Assembly: GCA_963758525.1 (NCBI GenBank)
Contig: CAVWVQ010000003.1
Location: 928,001 to 992,000, forward strand
Reading direction: 5' to 3'
DNA from: an uncultured Phycisphaerales bacterium
GTDB taxonomy: Bacteria; Planctomycetota; Phycisphaerae; Tepidisphaerales; Tepidisphaeraceae
DNA length: 64,000 nt
Shown here: positions 35,172 through 47,185 of the stretch, piece by piece
How positions within the stretch are numbered: the stretch's first letter is position 1
How the letters are laid out: the number at the start of each line of letters is the position of its first letter
Position numbers and translations under genes: made by a program
The notes under the pieces: generated by a model
Seen by the model: the letters and a program-made list of their open reading frames with translations, nothing else
Databases searched by the model: none
What the model was told of the DNA's origin: nothing

Positions 35172-36386
35172 CTACCGTTGATACGGCGCTGCCGCCGTTC
35201 GTTCCGCGCTCGTCTCCGCGTCAACCGCAATCCGCGGTATCCGCGGCCCGATCCGGCAGAATATCTCGTACGGGATCGTCTGCTCCCACTCGGCAAGCTG
35301 ATAGACGCTGGCCGCCGACAGCGGATCATCGTCCAGCAGCGTCACTTCGTCGCCAACGCGTGCGGGCCAATCGCCCAGATCGACAGTCATCATGTCCATG
35401 CTGACGCGCCCGACGACCGAAATCGCCCGTCCATTGATCAGCACTACCGCTTCGCCGCCGAAGCGGCGCGGGTAGCCGTCGGCGTAGCCAACCGGGATCA
35501 GGCCGATGCGGGTGTCGCGCGGGGCGATCCAGCTTTGGCCGTAGCCGACGCCAGTATGTTTGGGGATCGACCGCACCGAGATCAGCGGCGCGGTCCACTT
35601 CATCACCGGGCGAAGCGGCCGGTTCAGCGACGGCCGCGACGTGGGATCGATCCCATACAGCGCCAGGCCCGGACGAACCATGTCCAGGTGTGAATCGGTC
35701 GAGAAAAAGATGGCTGCCGTGTTGGCCGCGTGGCGCAAAAATCGCCCGGGCATCGCGGCGGCGATGTCGTCGGTCGCGTGACGAAAGCGATTCAATTGCT
35801 CCTGATTGAAGGGATCGTCGGCGCGCTCCGCGTTGGCGAAATGCGTGCCCAATGCGGCCAGCCTGAGCGAAGGGCGCGACTCGATTCGATGCAGCAGTTC
35901 GTGAAGCCCGTCGATGCCCACCCCGCAGCGCGTCATGCCGGTGTCGATCATCACCTGCACCTCGGCTCGCTTCTCACACGCCAGCGCCACTCGCGCCACA
36001 TCGTCCGCGGCCGCGGGCGTCGAGACCGTCAGCACCCAGCCGTTGCGAATCGCCATTTCCAGCTTCGGGCGCTGCCGCCCGATGAACACGTTCTCAATCG
36101 GCCGGAAGATGAAGATCGTCGCCGCAAGGTCCTCGGGAAGCCGGCAGGCTTCATCGATGCTGGCAACCGCGATCGCATCAATGGCGGGGCGCGCCGAGCG
36201 TTCCGTCCCGAAGTTGCAGAGCGTGTCCGCGACAATGTTGGCATCGTGCCCGTAGGCGTCTGCCTTGATGATCGCGCAGACGCGCACGCGTTCGCCCAGC
36301 GATCGGCGAATCACCTTGGCGTTATGTATGAGTGCAGCGCGGGAAATGAGTACCCGCGGTTCCCCGAGGGAGTGCTTCGCATCCAT
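35172..36386 (-). CDS. alr: Alanine racemase
   Basis: AIIKADAYGH (PLP Lys), DTGMTR.G, VRPGLALYG, GYADG, VGRVSMD, TIPYE. Start uncertain (36386 or 36425). Confidence 0.93.
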   Translation of the reverse strand: MDAKHSLGEPRVLISRAALIHNAKVIRRSLGERVRVCAIIKADAYGHDANIVADTLCNFGTERSARPAIDAIAVASIDEACRLPEDLAATIFIFRPIENVFIGRQRPKLEMAIRNGWVLTVSTPAAADDVARVALACEKRAEVQVMIDTGMTRCGVGIDGLHELLHRIESRPSLRLAALGTHFANAERADDPFNQEQLNRFRHATDDIAAAMPGRFLRHAANTAAIFFSTDSHLDMVRPGLALYGIDPTSRPSLNRPLRPVMKWTAPLISVRSIPKHTGVGYGQSWIAPRDTRIGLIPVGYADGYPRRFGGEAVVLINGRAISVVGRVSMDMMTVDLGDWPARVGDEVTLLDDDPLSAASVYQLAEWEQTIPYEIFCRIGPRIPRIAVDAETSAERTAAAPYQR

Positions 36387-36493
36387 GCGATCGGCTCCGT
36401 TCCGTGAGGGATCGTTCCGGTCCATCCATTCGACGCGCGGAGTATAGCGTGCAAGGAGTCAGGAGCAAGGAGTCGGAAGACAGTCGAAAGACA

Positions 36494-36812
36494 AGGCACG
36501 GAGGGGGAAGGCACGGAGGCACGCAGGGATAGGCACGAAGGCACGAAGGCACGAAGGCACGAAGGGGAGGACGCTTCGCGACAGAGGGTAGATCGATAAC
36601 ACGAGCAAATCGAAGAGCCGCTATGGCGCGAAGCCCGGAGTGAAGATGAGCGTCCAAGGTTCCCAACAAAAATCCCCTTCCTCCCCTTCGTGCCTCCGTG
36701 CCTCCGTGCCTTCGTGCCTTCCCCCACCCTTCGTGCCTCCGTGCCTCCGTGCCTTCGTGCCTTCCCCCACGCTTCGTGCCTCCGTGCCTTCCCCCACCCT
36801 CCGTGCCTTCCC
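36494..36812. repeat. Paired inverted octamer arrays (GGCACGRA)n ... (TYCGTGCC)n
   Basis: Arms at 36494-36563 and 36686-36810. Similar pairs at 28300-28540 and 50320-50530. Confidence 0.85.
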
Positions 36813-36869
36813 ATGCCCTTTAACTTGAAGCCACAACCGTCCATCGACCGATAATCCCTGTGAAACCCG

Positions 36870-37352
36870 ATGAGTGATGCATTTGCCCGAAAATCGCGGG
36901 GGCGACCAAGCCGAAAGCCGGCGGAGGGGCCGGCGGATTTCGCGGCGGGATTCAGCGACTTCAATCAGTTGGCCCTTTGGACGGCCGCCACCCTGGCCGG
37001 GATGGTCACCTCCATGCTCCTGGCACGCACGCCGTTCTTCCGCAAGCTGATGAGCCGGCTGTATCCGGAGCGCCGCCCGCTCACGTTCCACCAGAGCCCC
37101 TCAAAGCGCGAGTCGCTGCCGATGCTCGCCGACGCGATCATCGGCAGCCCCAAGTGCACCATCCTCGCCGTCTTCGGCCCGCCGCGCACCGCGGTCGTCA
37201 GTGATTCTTCTGACGCCGCGGAACCGAGCTTCTGGCAGGCGCAGACTTGGTATTACGCCCTGCCGAAAAATGATCGCATGGCCATGGCGGTCCGCTTCGA
37301 CCGCGAAATGGCAAGAAGCGTCGATTTCTTCAAGCCGCCGCGAGGGGCATGA
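36870..37352 (+). CDS. Hypothetical membrane-anchored protein
   Basis: One TM helix. FGPP...W.Y...AVRF pattern weakly reminiscent of SmpA/BamE-like folds. Confidence 0.6.
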   Translation: MSDAFARKSRGRPSRKPAEGPADFAAGFSDFNQLALWTAATLAGMVTSMLLARTPFFRKLMSRLYPERRPLTFHQSPSKRESLPMLADAIIGSPKCTILAVFGPPRTAVVSDSSDAAEPSFWQAQTWYYALPKNDRMAMAVRFDREMARSVDFFKPPRGA

Positions 37353-37668
37353 AAGCCGACGGATTGCCATCCGTCGGCATTTAGTGCTCTGCAGAAAAGT
37401 CCGCACTCCCGTGCGGTACTTTTCTTTGTTGATCGCATCCACGCTCTTCCGCCACAATAGGGTACGATGGGCTGGCGATGGGAATCGCCGGGGAACCAGT
37501 CAAGGCGACGTAATTGTCGTCCGTCGGGGCTTGCCTGTCGCGTTTCGGGCCATGTGCGTCCAACGCAAAGTTTTCCAACAATTCCCTGATCAAAGCGTAT
37601 TCTCTATCTGATGGACCATTCCCAGCACGGGATGGCATCACAACGCCGGCGGTATTTCGGAGGAAATT

Positions 37669-39170
37669 ATGAATCGTCAACGCACTCATCGCACCAATTC
37701 GCGCAACGCTGCAACTCGGCGTGAATTCCTCAAACACTCGGCCTTGGCCGCCGGAGCGGGTTATTGGATCGCAAACGGGCCGCGGGTTCTTGCGCTGCAG
37801 GAGCAGGCGGCCAATGATCGGCTGAACGTCGCCTGCATCGGCATCGGCGGGAAGGGAGACAGCGATTCCGAGCAGGTCGCACGGCATGCGAACGTGGTGG
37901 CGGTCTGTGACGTGGACGACAAACGGCTCGACGCCAAGATCGCCCAGGATGTGAAGGGCGTCGGCAAGGCCTTCGAAAAGGCGGGAAGATACAACGATTT
38001 TCGCAAGATGTTTGACGAGCTTGGCAAGACCATCGACGCCGTGACGATCACGGTTCCCGATCACATGCACGCCGTCGCCACGATGATGGCGATCAAACTC
38101 GGCAAGCACGTGTATACGCAAAAGCCCGTCGCGCACGATGTCTGGGAAGCTCGCCAGCTTCGGCTCGCCGCGAAGGAGGCAAAGATCGCCTCGCAGATGG
38201 GCAACCAGGGAACCGCGAGCCCCAAATTTCGCGAGGGCGTCGAACTGATCCGCGCTGGAATGCTGGGGGCGGTGACAGAGGTTCACGTCTGGACCAACCG
38301 GCCGATCTGGCCGCAGGCGCCCAAGATTATGGAGCGGCCGCCCGCACAACCCACCCCCCCGTATCTTCATTGGGACGAATGGCTCGGGACCGCGCCGAGC
38401 GGCCGTACAGCTCCGCCTATCATCCCTTCAAATGGCGCGGTTTCTGGGATTTCGGCTGCGGCGCGCTGGGCGACATGGGTTGCCATACCGCGAACCTTCC
38501 GTTCATGGCGCTCAAGCTCGGCTATCCCTCGTCCGTTGAAGGAGAAGCCGGGGATTTGAACCCCGAGACTTGCCCGTCCTGGGCGCGGGTGCGATACCAG
38601 TTCCCCGCGCGGGAAGGGATGCCGCCGGTGAAAGTGAACTGGTACGAGGGACGCAAGGATAACGTTCTGGTTCATCCTCCCGAGGACTTGGTAGCGACGG
38701 TTCTCAGCGAGTTCGCCAAAATTCCGCACGATGAGAAGAAGAGAAAAAACGGATCGGCCACACCCGAAGTCGAGAAGAAGCCAAAGCTCAACGACAGCGG
38801 ATCGATCATTGTCGGCGACAAGGGAATTCTCTATTCCCCGCACGATTATGGCGGTGCCTGGCACCTTCTGCCCGTGGAGAAATTCCGCGATTACAAAGCC
38901 CCGGCGGAAACCCTGCCGCGCAATCCGAAGGGAGACGACGAAGGGCAGAAGATGGAATGGATCGCCGCCATCAAGGGCGGCGCGCCCGCCCTGAGCAACT
39001 TCGACTACGCCGGCATGCTCACGGAATTCATCCTGCTCGGCAATGTCGCGATCAAGAGCATGGGCACCAAGCTGGATTGGGACGGCCCCCGCATGAAATT
39101 CCCCAACGCCCCCCAGGCCGAAAAGCTGCTGCGGCGCGAATACCGCGCACCGTGGTCGGCGCTGACTTGA
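37669..39170 (+). CDS. Gfo/Idh/MocA oxidoreductase with Tat signal (frameshift near 38395)
   Basis: TRREFLK, CIGIGGKG, PDHMH, KHVYTQKP, QMGNQG; then WRGFWDFG.GALGDMGCH...L.REYR. Confidence 0.9.
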
Positions 39171-39498
39171 TATTGGGGCCGCAAGGTTGCGGGTCGGCGC
39201 TCCGAGGAACACCTCGGGGCGCCGGCCCCATCATTCCGACGTATACACGTCGGCGCCCTTTTTTACATGTGTCGTGAGGCCCGATCAGCATGGCGAGTGC
39301 GACCGCCAGCACGATCCCGCGCATCTCAACCCTTCGCGCCTCGGGAACGGCCGCCAATAGCTCCCACTGAAGTTCGACAACACGCCGCGCCGCGGCTTTG
39401 ACGAACTCCTTCTCGTCAGCCGTCAACTGGATGGAGGCAAGAATCTCCTTCAACTTCGCTCCGGCCTCTCGTATCGCAATGTCCGCTGGATTTTCCAT
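39052..39498 (-). CDS. Possible small helical protein
   Basis: GGAG upstream of ATG 39498 and an amphipathic N-terminal half. The 3' end overlaps the opposite gene, so the true stop is uncertain. Confidence 0.3.
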   Translation of the reverse strand: MENPADIAIREAGAKLKEILASIQLTADEKEFVKAAARRVVELQWELLAAVPEARRVEMRGIVLAVALAMLIGPHDTCKKGRRRVYVGMMGPAPRGVPRSADPQPCGPNIKSAPTTVRGIRAAAAFRPGGRWGISCGGRPNPAWCPCS

Positions 39499-39655
39499 AG
39501 CTCCAATCTCCAACTTATAGGACTTTGTTGCGGGCTGGTATTGATGCCCTCGGTGACAGTCCCCGCCGCAACAGATCGTCGGACTCTTCTTCTCAAGCGG
39601 CGACGGCAATCGAACGATGAATGGTGGGCTGACTCGTTCAAGGGAGACTCTGAAA

Positions 39656-40132
39656 ATGCGCCCGACCCATAAATTCATCATTCTCGCTGCTGCTGGCGTC
39701 CTTTCGACAGGATGCATTGTTCGAACGTACGAGCCCTATCCGGCGCCGCCCCCGCCGCCGCCGCAGGAGGAAGTGGTCGTGGGCGGGCCAGTCTTTGAAG
39801 GGCCGGGCGTGGAAGTGATTGAGGTCGAACCTGCGCCAGTGGAGCGGGTGTATGTCTACGACCCGGGCTATCCCCCTGGCTGCTATTTCTACGGCGGATA
39901 TTACTGGTATGGCGGATACCGCTATGAGCACGATGTTTTCATCCACCGCTATGTCACCGTGAACATCCGCGAACGCCGGTACGTCAACGTCGAACAGAAC
40001 CGCCAATACGGCCGGCAAATGGAGGCTCGCCAACGTTCTGAATTTGCCGTGAATCATGGCCAGCCCGCAGGCCGCCCCATCCGGGCGGCCGCCCGTCCGG
40101 GTCCTGCGCCGCGCCAAAGAGAACATTACTAA
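39656..40132 (+). CDS. Pro/Tyr-rich lipoprotein
   Basis: Lipobox LSTGC, GGAG RBS, downstream terminator. Confidence 0.8.
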   Translation: MRPTHKFIILAAAGVLSTGCIVRTYEPYPAPPPPPPQEEVVVGGPVFEGPGVEVIEVEPAPVERVYVYDPGYPPGCYFYGGYYWYGGYRYEHDVFIHRYVTVNIRERRYVNVEQNRQYGRQMEARQRSEFAVNHGQPAGRPIRAAARPGPAPRQREHY

Positions 40133-40174
40133 AACGCCGCGGCCGGGGCGACTCTCGCTTCCCGATTCATCTAT

Positions 40175-40206
40175 AGCGGCTGCCCCCCAAGGGCAGCCGC
40201 TTTTTT
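40175..40206 (+). terminator. Rho-independent terminator
   Basis: AGCGGCTGCCC-loop-GGGCAGCCGCT followed by a T-run. Confidence 0.85.
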
Positions 40207-40382
40207 ACGCGCACGATCGCAGACTGGCGCAATCTCATTAGTCAGTTATCCCTCGCGCCAATAACGATCACGGGAGGTGCTCGCAGCCGCGGATGTACAT
40301 CCGCGGCTACGGTACACTGAGCCGTCGCACTTGGACGAGGACGCCTCGAAATCGAACTACCCCAGGCGCAGTATTTGAGCCC

Positions 40383-43300
40383 TCACGTCCGCGCGACAGT
40401 GAGGGTTCCCGCCGATGCAGCCTGGCTGGTCGCGCCGGTGGGATCCGTTATCTGCATCACGAGATGGTAGACCCCGTTTGGAACATTTGCGGGGAGTTTC
40501 CTGAGTTTCACGCGAAACGATGCATGCTTGCCGGGTTTGAGCCTGATCGCGGCGCTGCTCGTCGCGACGAGGATCGAATTGGAATCGAGAGTCGTGCCGC
40601 TCGAGAGATAGAGCTTTCCGTGGGCCGCTCCATGAATGGCGCTGCCGGTGGTGTTGTCGAGCGTAATCGTTTGATGAACATTGATGGCAGGCGCGGTAAT
40701 GGCGGCCGCGGGCAGCTTGCCACTGAGAGTTGTCGTAAGGGCGCTGGAAACAGCCGGTCCGCTCACCGTGGCGACGGGCGTCGCCGTGATTTGGGAAGTA
40801 GCAGATGTCGAAGCGGCTTCCGAGGTTGCGGAAACCGCCGAGGATGTCGCGCCTCCCGCTGGTGTTTGAAAATACCAGTAGGCGCTGGGCGTCCCAGACT
40901 GCCCGTTGCTCAACACTCGAACATTCCATATGAAGGTGTCGCCGGCCGTTAACGGGGCGGACGAGGGAATCGTGAAGCTGGTCGCGGCCGCGCCGCTGAT
41001 CTGATAACTGACCGTTTTCTTCAGCGTTTCATCGTAGATGTTGATCTGGTAGCCACTGACGCCCGCCACCGCGTTCCACGTAAAGGTCGGCGTGAGACTG
41101 GTCACCACGGATCCCGGCGAGGTCGGCCCTTGCGGAGAGGTGATGACCGGAGCCGGCAGCGTGACCGGCGCGACGAATGTAAATCGGTCAGTTGTTGCAG
41201 CGGTCGAAGCACCGCCGGAGCCGCTGACGAGGATATCCACGGTTCCTGCGCCTTCGGCTGGCGCCGTGGCGGTGATAGACGTCGCGGAATTGATCTTGAA
41301 CGAAGTCGCGTTCACGGTGCCGAACCTCACTGTCGAAACTCCCGTGAAGTTTGATCCGGAAATCGTCACGACCGTTCCCCCGGCGGTGGAGCCGCTGCTG
41401 GGAGTGACCGAGCTGACGGAGGGCGAAGCGGTTGCCGCAACCGTGTGAAAATAGAGGTAGGCGCTTTCCGGCCCGGTCACACCGCCGCTGATCACGCGCA
41501 GGTTCCACACGAATTGATCTCCGGCAGAGATCGCGCCCGCAGGAAGTGTGAAACTGGTGGCAGTGGGACTGATGTCGTAGCTGAGATATTTCGCCGCCGT
41601 CGAATCATACAGGTGAAGCTGATATCCATTGATGGTCCCCGTGACGGCGTGCCAGGTGAACGTCGGCGTTAATGTGGTCAGCGACGATCCGGGCGATGTC
41701 GTGCTGCCCGGGCCGATGACGACCGGCACCGGGAGAGACGTGCGCGACGGGGTCTGGAAGTAGAGCGAGTTGCTCGACGGTCCGCTCACCGATCCGTTCA
41801 CGCCATGCACGTTCCAGACGAACTTGTCGCCCGCCGCCATCACGTCGGTGCCGATCGTATAGCTGTTGACCGAGGCGCCGACGCTGAAGGTGGAAACTTT
41901 GTTGAGCGTGAGATCGGTAAGACTGATCTGATACCCCGTCACAGAAGCGACGCTGCTCCATTGTAATACCGGTGCTGTAGAGAGCACCGGCCCCGGCTGC
42001 GCGGCGGTTCCCACTGAGACTGCGGTCGGCGCCGACAGAGCCGCGGAAGCAAACGTAAACTTGTCGGCAGTTGAGCCGGCGGATAGGCCGGCGGCGGTGA
42101 CGACATGCACATCCACGTTCCCGGCCGATTCCGCGGGCGTCGTGGCCGTGATGGAGGTAGAGGAGTTCACGGTGAACGACGCGGCGTACACCGTCCCAAA
42201 CGTAACGCTCGATGCTCCCGTAAAGTTTGTTCCAGTGATGGTGACGACCGTTCCACCGGTGGTCGGGCCGCTCGACGGCGCGACGCCTGTGACGACCGGC
42301 AGCGAAGTCGCGGCGGGCTCAGCCTGAAAAGAGAGATTGGCACTCGGCGGTCCGCTCTGCGTTCCATTGAGCCCGCGAACGTTCCACGCGTAGGTATCCC
42401 CCGCAACGAGCACGCCTGCGGCCAGCGTGTAGCTGGTGACGCTGGCTCCGACCTGATAGGAAGTCGTCGTGTTCGCCGTGCTGTTGTGAAGGTTGATTTG
42501 ATATCCCGTAACGCCGGAAACCCCATTCCATGTGAAAGTTGGTGTGTTCGTCGTCAGCGTCGGAATGGGGCTCGACGTGGTTCCCGGCCCGATCGCCACG
42601 GGCGCGGCCAGCGTGGTCGTTGCCGCATTCACCGTCACCGTGACAAGGTCCCTGATGGACAAACCCTGCGCATCCGTCGCCGCACATTGAAACAGATAGG
42701 TGCCAGGCGTAGTGAAGGTTGCAACTGTGTTCTTGGACGCGTTAGTTCCATTTACGCTGTACGTGACCGGACCGGGAATCGAGCCGACTGTCGCCCATGT
42801 ATACGTCAGGTTCGGTTCGCCGCCGTCGTCGCTGGCCAGCGCGCTGAGCGTAGTGGTGTTGTTCGTGACCGTCAGCGGAGATGCGCTGGGAGGATTGACG
42901 TAGACGGGCGGTTGATTGGTGCTCGTCGGCTCGTTGAGCATGACCTTGACGCTGTGGCCGTCCAGCACCTGCGTCGTGGCAAGATCCTGATACCCGTCGT
43001 TATTGAAATCGCCCGCGGCCGTCCAGCCCGGATAGACCGACGGGCTGTAGGTGATGGGAGCCTGGAAAGTGCCATCCCCGTTGCCCAGCAGCACCGCCAG
43101 TGAGCCTGGCTCATCGCCATCCGTGGCCTGGACGCCCCCCCGGTGTTGATGCCAACGTTGGTCACTACCAGATCGACTTTTCCATCGTGGTTGATGTCGA
43201 CGGGAATGACATCGCGGGGGTAGTTGCCGGGGTCGAAGCTCTTGGCCGGCTGGAACGTGCCGTCGCCGTTGCCCAGAAACACGTTGATGGTGTTGTCGTA

Positions 43301-44203
43301 ATCCGATTCAATGACGTCGAGCTTGTTATCGTTGTTCACGTCCGCAACCACCACATCTTCGGGATTTGACACCGCGGCGGTGTCCGTCCCGTCGGGAAAC
43401 TGCGGACTGGCGTAATGACCGCCGAGCGTGAACGTGCCGTCGCCGTTGCCCTGCAAAATAGTGAGTTCCACGTTTGCGGTGTTGCCGCTGGTGCCCTGCC
43501 CGTCCGCAATGGCCAGGTCGAGCTTGCCGTCGTGATTGAAGTCGCCAGTGGTCACCCATCGGGAATATCCCAGCACGGCCGGGCCGACGATGGCGGTCTG
43601 AAAGGTGCCATTACCATTCCCAAGCAGCACTTCGTAACGGCCGGTATTGCTCGTTTCGCTGGGAAGCGTGCATGCGATGTCGAGTTTGCCATCCCCGTTG
43701 AAGTCGCCCACCGTCCATCCGCGCGGATAATAACCCGAGTAGGCAAACGAGGATGAAGCGATGGCGGTTTGGAATGTGCCGTTGCCATTGCCCAGCATGA
43801 CGAGCGGCTGATCGAGGTTGGAGCTGATCAGCAGCAGGTCCGGCTTCCCGTCGTGATTGAAGTCATCGACAAAGACATCGCCCTGAAACGCCTGGCCGAC
43901 GGGAATCTGCACGGCTGGCTGGAACGTGCCGTCCCCGTTGCCCTTGAGGAAATAGACCGAGTTGTCGGCCCGATGCGCAACAATCAGATCAAGCTTGGTG
44001 TCGCCGTCGATGTTCGCTGACACAACGCCGATCGGTTCAGCGTTGGGGATGAAGCCGTCTGCCGTTGTCCCCGTGTTATAGCTCACCGGCGCCGACAGTC
44101 CGACCGAAGTGCTGAGCAGGACGCGCCCCTCAAGCGTTTCGGCCATCGCCCTGCGAAGCGCCCGCCCACGGCGGTCCAATCTTGCTCGATTTGTGCTGAT
44201 CAT
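40383..44203 (-). CDS. Large extracellular LEPR-XLL protein with FG-GAP/VCBS, PKD-like, Fn3-like and IPT/TIG repeats (frameshift near 43135)
   Basis: ETLEGRVLLS; repeated DFN.DGKLD / GNGDGTFQ; two P.V..V.PSSG.T.GGTVVTI.G.NFTG units; four TP.F.W..V..V.GYQI units. Confidence 0.85.
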
Positions 44204-44216
44204 TGTGGTTCTTTTC

Positions 44217-45597
44217 CTATTGATGCGATTCCCCCGCCGGCGGGTGATACGCTCGGACTTCGGTTGCCACAGCGGGCCGATCCGATGCCAGAAACGCGAT
44301 CGCATGCATTCCCGCCGAAAGATCCGAAACCGTCATCACCTTCCCGCCAACCTTGAACACCGTCGCGTCGTCGAATGTGACGGTCGCCGATTTCCCGCTG
44401 AACTGCAGCGTCATCGACGTGGCGTCAACCGCGGTAATCGTCCCGTGCACGTTCTTTCTCTCGTTCTTCTGCTCCGCCGGACGCGTTTCCGGCACCTTCG
44501 GAAGATACGACCTGATTTCGCTGGCTGGTTTGCCTTGGACGACCAACGCAATGGCCCGCATGCCAACCTTCAAATCAGCGGCCGTCGCCACCTTCCCGTT
44601 CACCTTCACCACCGTGGAATTGTCGAGTTTGATGATCGCGGGGCTGGCGCCACCCGAAACCGCAAGCGTCAGCGTCCCCTCAGCAACTTCCGTGATCGTG
44701 CCCACAATTTTCCCAGCATCGGCCAAATTCCGCGAGCCGGGGGCGGGTGCGACCGGTTTCGCCGGCTCGGCAATGACTTTATAGACGCCCGCGCCGCCGC
44801 CCATCAGGATCATCACGGTGAGAATCGTCGCCGCGGTTTTGACCTTCGCCCAGAAGAGCATGTTCATCGCACGTTGTGAAAGCGCCCATGCGAATACCGG
44901 AACGGTCGATCCGGCCGACAGCTTTCCAGTGACGGCCGCCACCGCTACCTTCGTGGTCGCGGCGATAAACGTCGGCGCCGCATGGCCCGCAGCAGGCTCG
45001 GCCGCGGACGCCGCCTCCAGCGCCCTGGCAGTCGAAGCCGTTCCGTTGCGACTCAGGCGGTTTCGCAGCATCTTGCGGCCGCGGTTGAGGCGCATCGCCA
45101 CCGCGCTCACGCCGCATCCGAGCAAAGCAGCGGTCTCCTCCTGCGAACGCCCTTCCACGTGATGCAGCAGCAGCGCGACGCGATACTTCTCGGGAAGCTC
45201 GGCCAACCCCGCGTGCAACTGTTCAAGCGATAAGGCGCTGGAGTCTGTCATCGACGATTCCGTCCGCATGCGCGCGGCCTCGGTCTCGTGGCGACGGCGG
45301 ATGCCCCGGGCTTCGACGGCCCGTCGCGACACATACCACGCCACCCGGTGCAACCACCCCGCCAGCGACTGCCGGCCGCGCCCTTCGCCCGCCTTGCGCC
45401 AGCGTCAGAAACACCGCCTGGGCCGCATCCTCGGCGTCGGAGGAATTTCCAAGAACGCTCCGGCAGACGCCAACCACCATTCCTCCGTGGCGGTCCACAA
45501 TTTCAGCAAAGGCCGCTTCCTCCCGGCTGTCAGCGAAGTCCCGGAGCAGATCGCTGTCGCTCCGCCGGATCCAAGACGGTTCACTTGCAACCGGCAT
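44217..45597 (-). CDS. ECF sigma-70 factor with TM helix and two C-terminal DUF5666-like repeats (frameshift near 45397)
   Basis: SD.DLL..F.....E.AF..IV.RHG.MV.GVCR..LG...DAEDA.QAVFL; LPEKYR..LLL...EG.S.EE.A..LG; two GTIT.V...T...D..TV.KV.GK....DL..GM units. Confidence 0.85.
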
Positions 45598-45920
45598 CCG
45601 TGTGGATATCCGTTCTGCCGGAGGCAGAATCACATTTGTGCTAGAATTTTCGGCGTGGTCCATCTGAACCGCGAAGCAGGAGCCGGCCTGCAGATCCCAT
45701 TGCAGAGCCAAAACGACCCCGCAATTGAGCGAGCCAAGCAATATCTCATTTTACGCGGAGTCCAGTTGGCGCTGGAAATGGGGGGACGAAATCGGCGCCA
45801 AGTGAACCGGTAGAACAGAGAGGGCCGCCCCAGGGCCAGCGCAATCTCGCGCGTGCCCGTACTCGCGCAGGTTTCATTCAGCTGCTGCGCAGTCCGCACG
45901 GGCGGACGCGCGGGATCAGC

Positions 45921-46868
45921 TCACTGCCCCGCGAACTGCCTGTATTTCTCCGCGATTTTCGCCGTGCCCACGTCGCCGGCGTGAATCAGCACCCGATACC
46001 GAAACGTTACCGTCTGGCCCGGCTCGATCTTCAAATCACCGGCCCCCTTGGGAAATTGCTTCGGATCGAATTCATGCAGACCAAAAGGATTAGCCGCCAG
46101 CAATCCATACTGGCGGACGTGCCAGCGGGACGGGTGCCGCGGATTGCTCGGCGCGTCGAGGATGGCAATCCCATACGGCTTGCCATCGATCGTGCCGGAT
46201 TCATCGCACCAGTCGGCCGGCTTCCCCCAGCACGCTTTCTCCCCCGTTTGACCGACGGAATTGGTGATCGTCGCCGTGTCCGAAAGCGCCTTGATCAGCC
46301 TCACCGCGCAGAGCCCCGCGTCCTTGGCGTCGGCCAGCGTGACGGCGTCCTTCGCCGGCGACAGCGCGACCGTCAGATCGATCGCCCGCGTTCCGTCCGG
46401 ATACGACGAAAAACGCACCGTCCGCGTTTCGTTCAGCATCGCCGCCCCCTGCTGATCGTCCCACTGCAAATCCTCGACAAACCCGTCGGCATCGACCTTC
46501 TCAAACCGCAGGTGCTCCTGCTTGGCCGCCGGCTTCCCCGTGATCAGCCAATGATTGACGCCGTTCACGTCCTCGTGCGCAACCCACATCGACTGATGAT
46601 GCGGGTGGTCCCCCTTGGGAACGTTGTATTGATCCGACGTAACCGGCGTCCCGTCAGACGCCAGAATCGGCAGAAAAAACGGCCGCACATAAGGCCGGTC
46701 GCCGCGCGTCCCAAACCAATAATCCGTGAAGGGGGCGCCATTGATTTCGACGTGCAGATGACTGTCATCCACGGTCGAGATCTTCACCCCCGGCACGTCT
46801 GCGCCGTACGACACGCCCGCCCACAGAAGCAGCGACAATGCGATGCAAATTGCAATGAGACACTTCAT
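45921..46868 (-). CDS. Secreted DUF6807 ('PmoA family') protein
   Basis: Signal peptide, RPFF.P, DHPHH.S.W, WHVR.YGL.AANPFG. Confidence 0.8.
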   Translation of the reverse strand: MKCLIAICIALSLLLWAGVSYGADVPGVKISTVDDSHLHVEINGAPFTDYWFGTRGDRPYVRPFFLPILASDGTPVTSDQYNVPKGDHPHHQSMWVAHEDVNGVNHWLITGKPAAKQEHLRFEKVDADGFVEDLQWDDQQGAAMLNETRTVRFSSYPDGTRAIDLTVALSPAKDAVTLADAKDAGLCAVRLIKALSDTATITNSVGQTGEKACWGKPADWCDESGTIDGKPYGIAILDAPSNPRHPSRWHVRQYGLLAANPFGLHEFDPKQFPKGAGDLKIEPGQTVTFRYRVLIHAGDVGTAKIAEKYRQFAGQ

Positions 46869-47054
46869 GTGATGACTCCTCCGCCGGAAACGAAAATCAG
46901 ATCTCTCCAGTGACTGTCCCAATATAACGACCTATCCGCCTCTCGGGTACGAATCCATGTTTCAGCCCCGAACGTCGGCGAACGTCGGTTCCATGACACT
47001 TTCGGCGGACTCTCTTTTCCCTCCCGGAGTAACGCTCCGAAAAGAGATGTGAGA

Positions 47055-47185
47055 GACCAAGAAATGTCCAAGGCCCAATGGCCAACAAAATCCCAAATCG
47101 CAATAATCGCAATGACCAATGCGAGAACCAGCCTTGGGCCTTGGACCTTGGGGCTTTGTTGGCCATTGGGCCTTGGACATTTGTG
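47055..47185. repeat. Paired inverted heptamer-like arrays (CCAATG../..CATTGG)
   Basis: AAATGTCCAAGGCCCAATGGCCAACAAA mirrored by TTTGTTGGCCATTGGGCCTTGGACATTT. Confidence 0.75.

Noticed and set aside
24160..36812. CRISPR array in the short tandem repeats
   Set aside because: Units are 7-8 bp and contiguous, without unique spacers.
45921..46868. Methane monooxygenase from the 'PmoA family' label
   Set aside because: This is a secreted soluble protein with none of the TM architecture of true PmoA, and no pmoCB genes are nearby.
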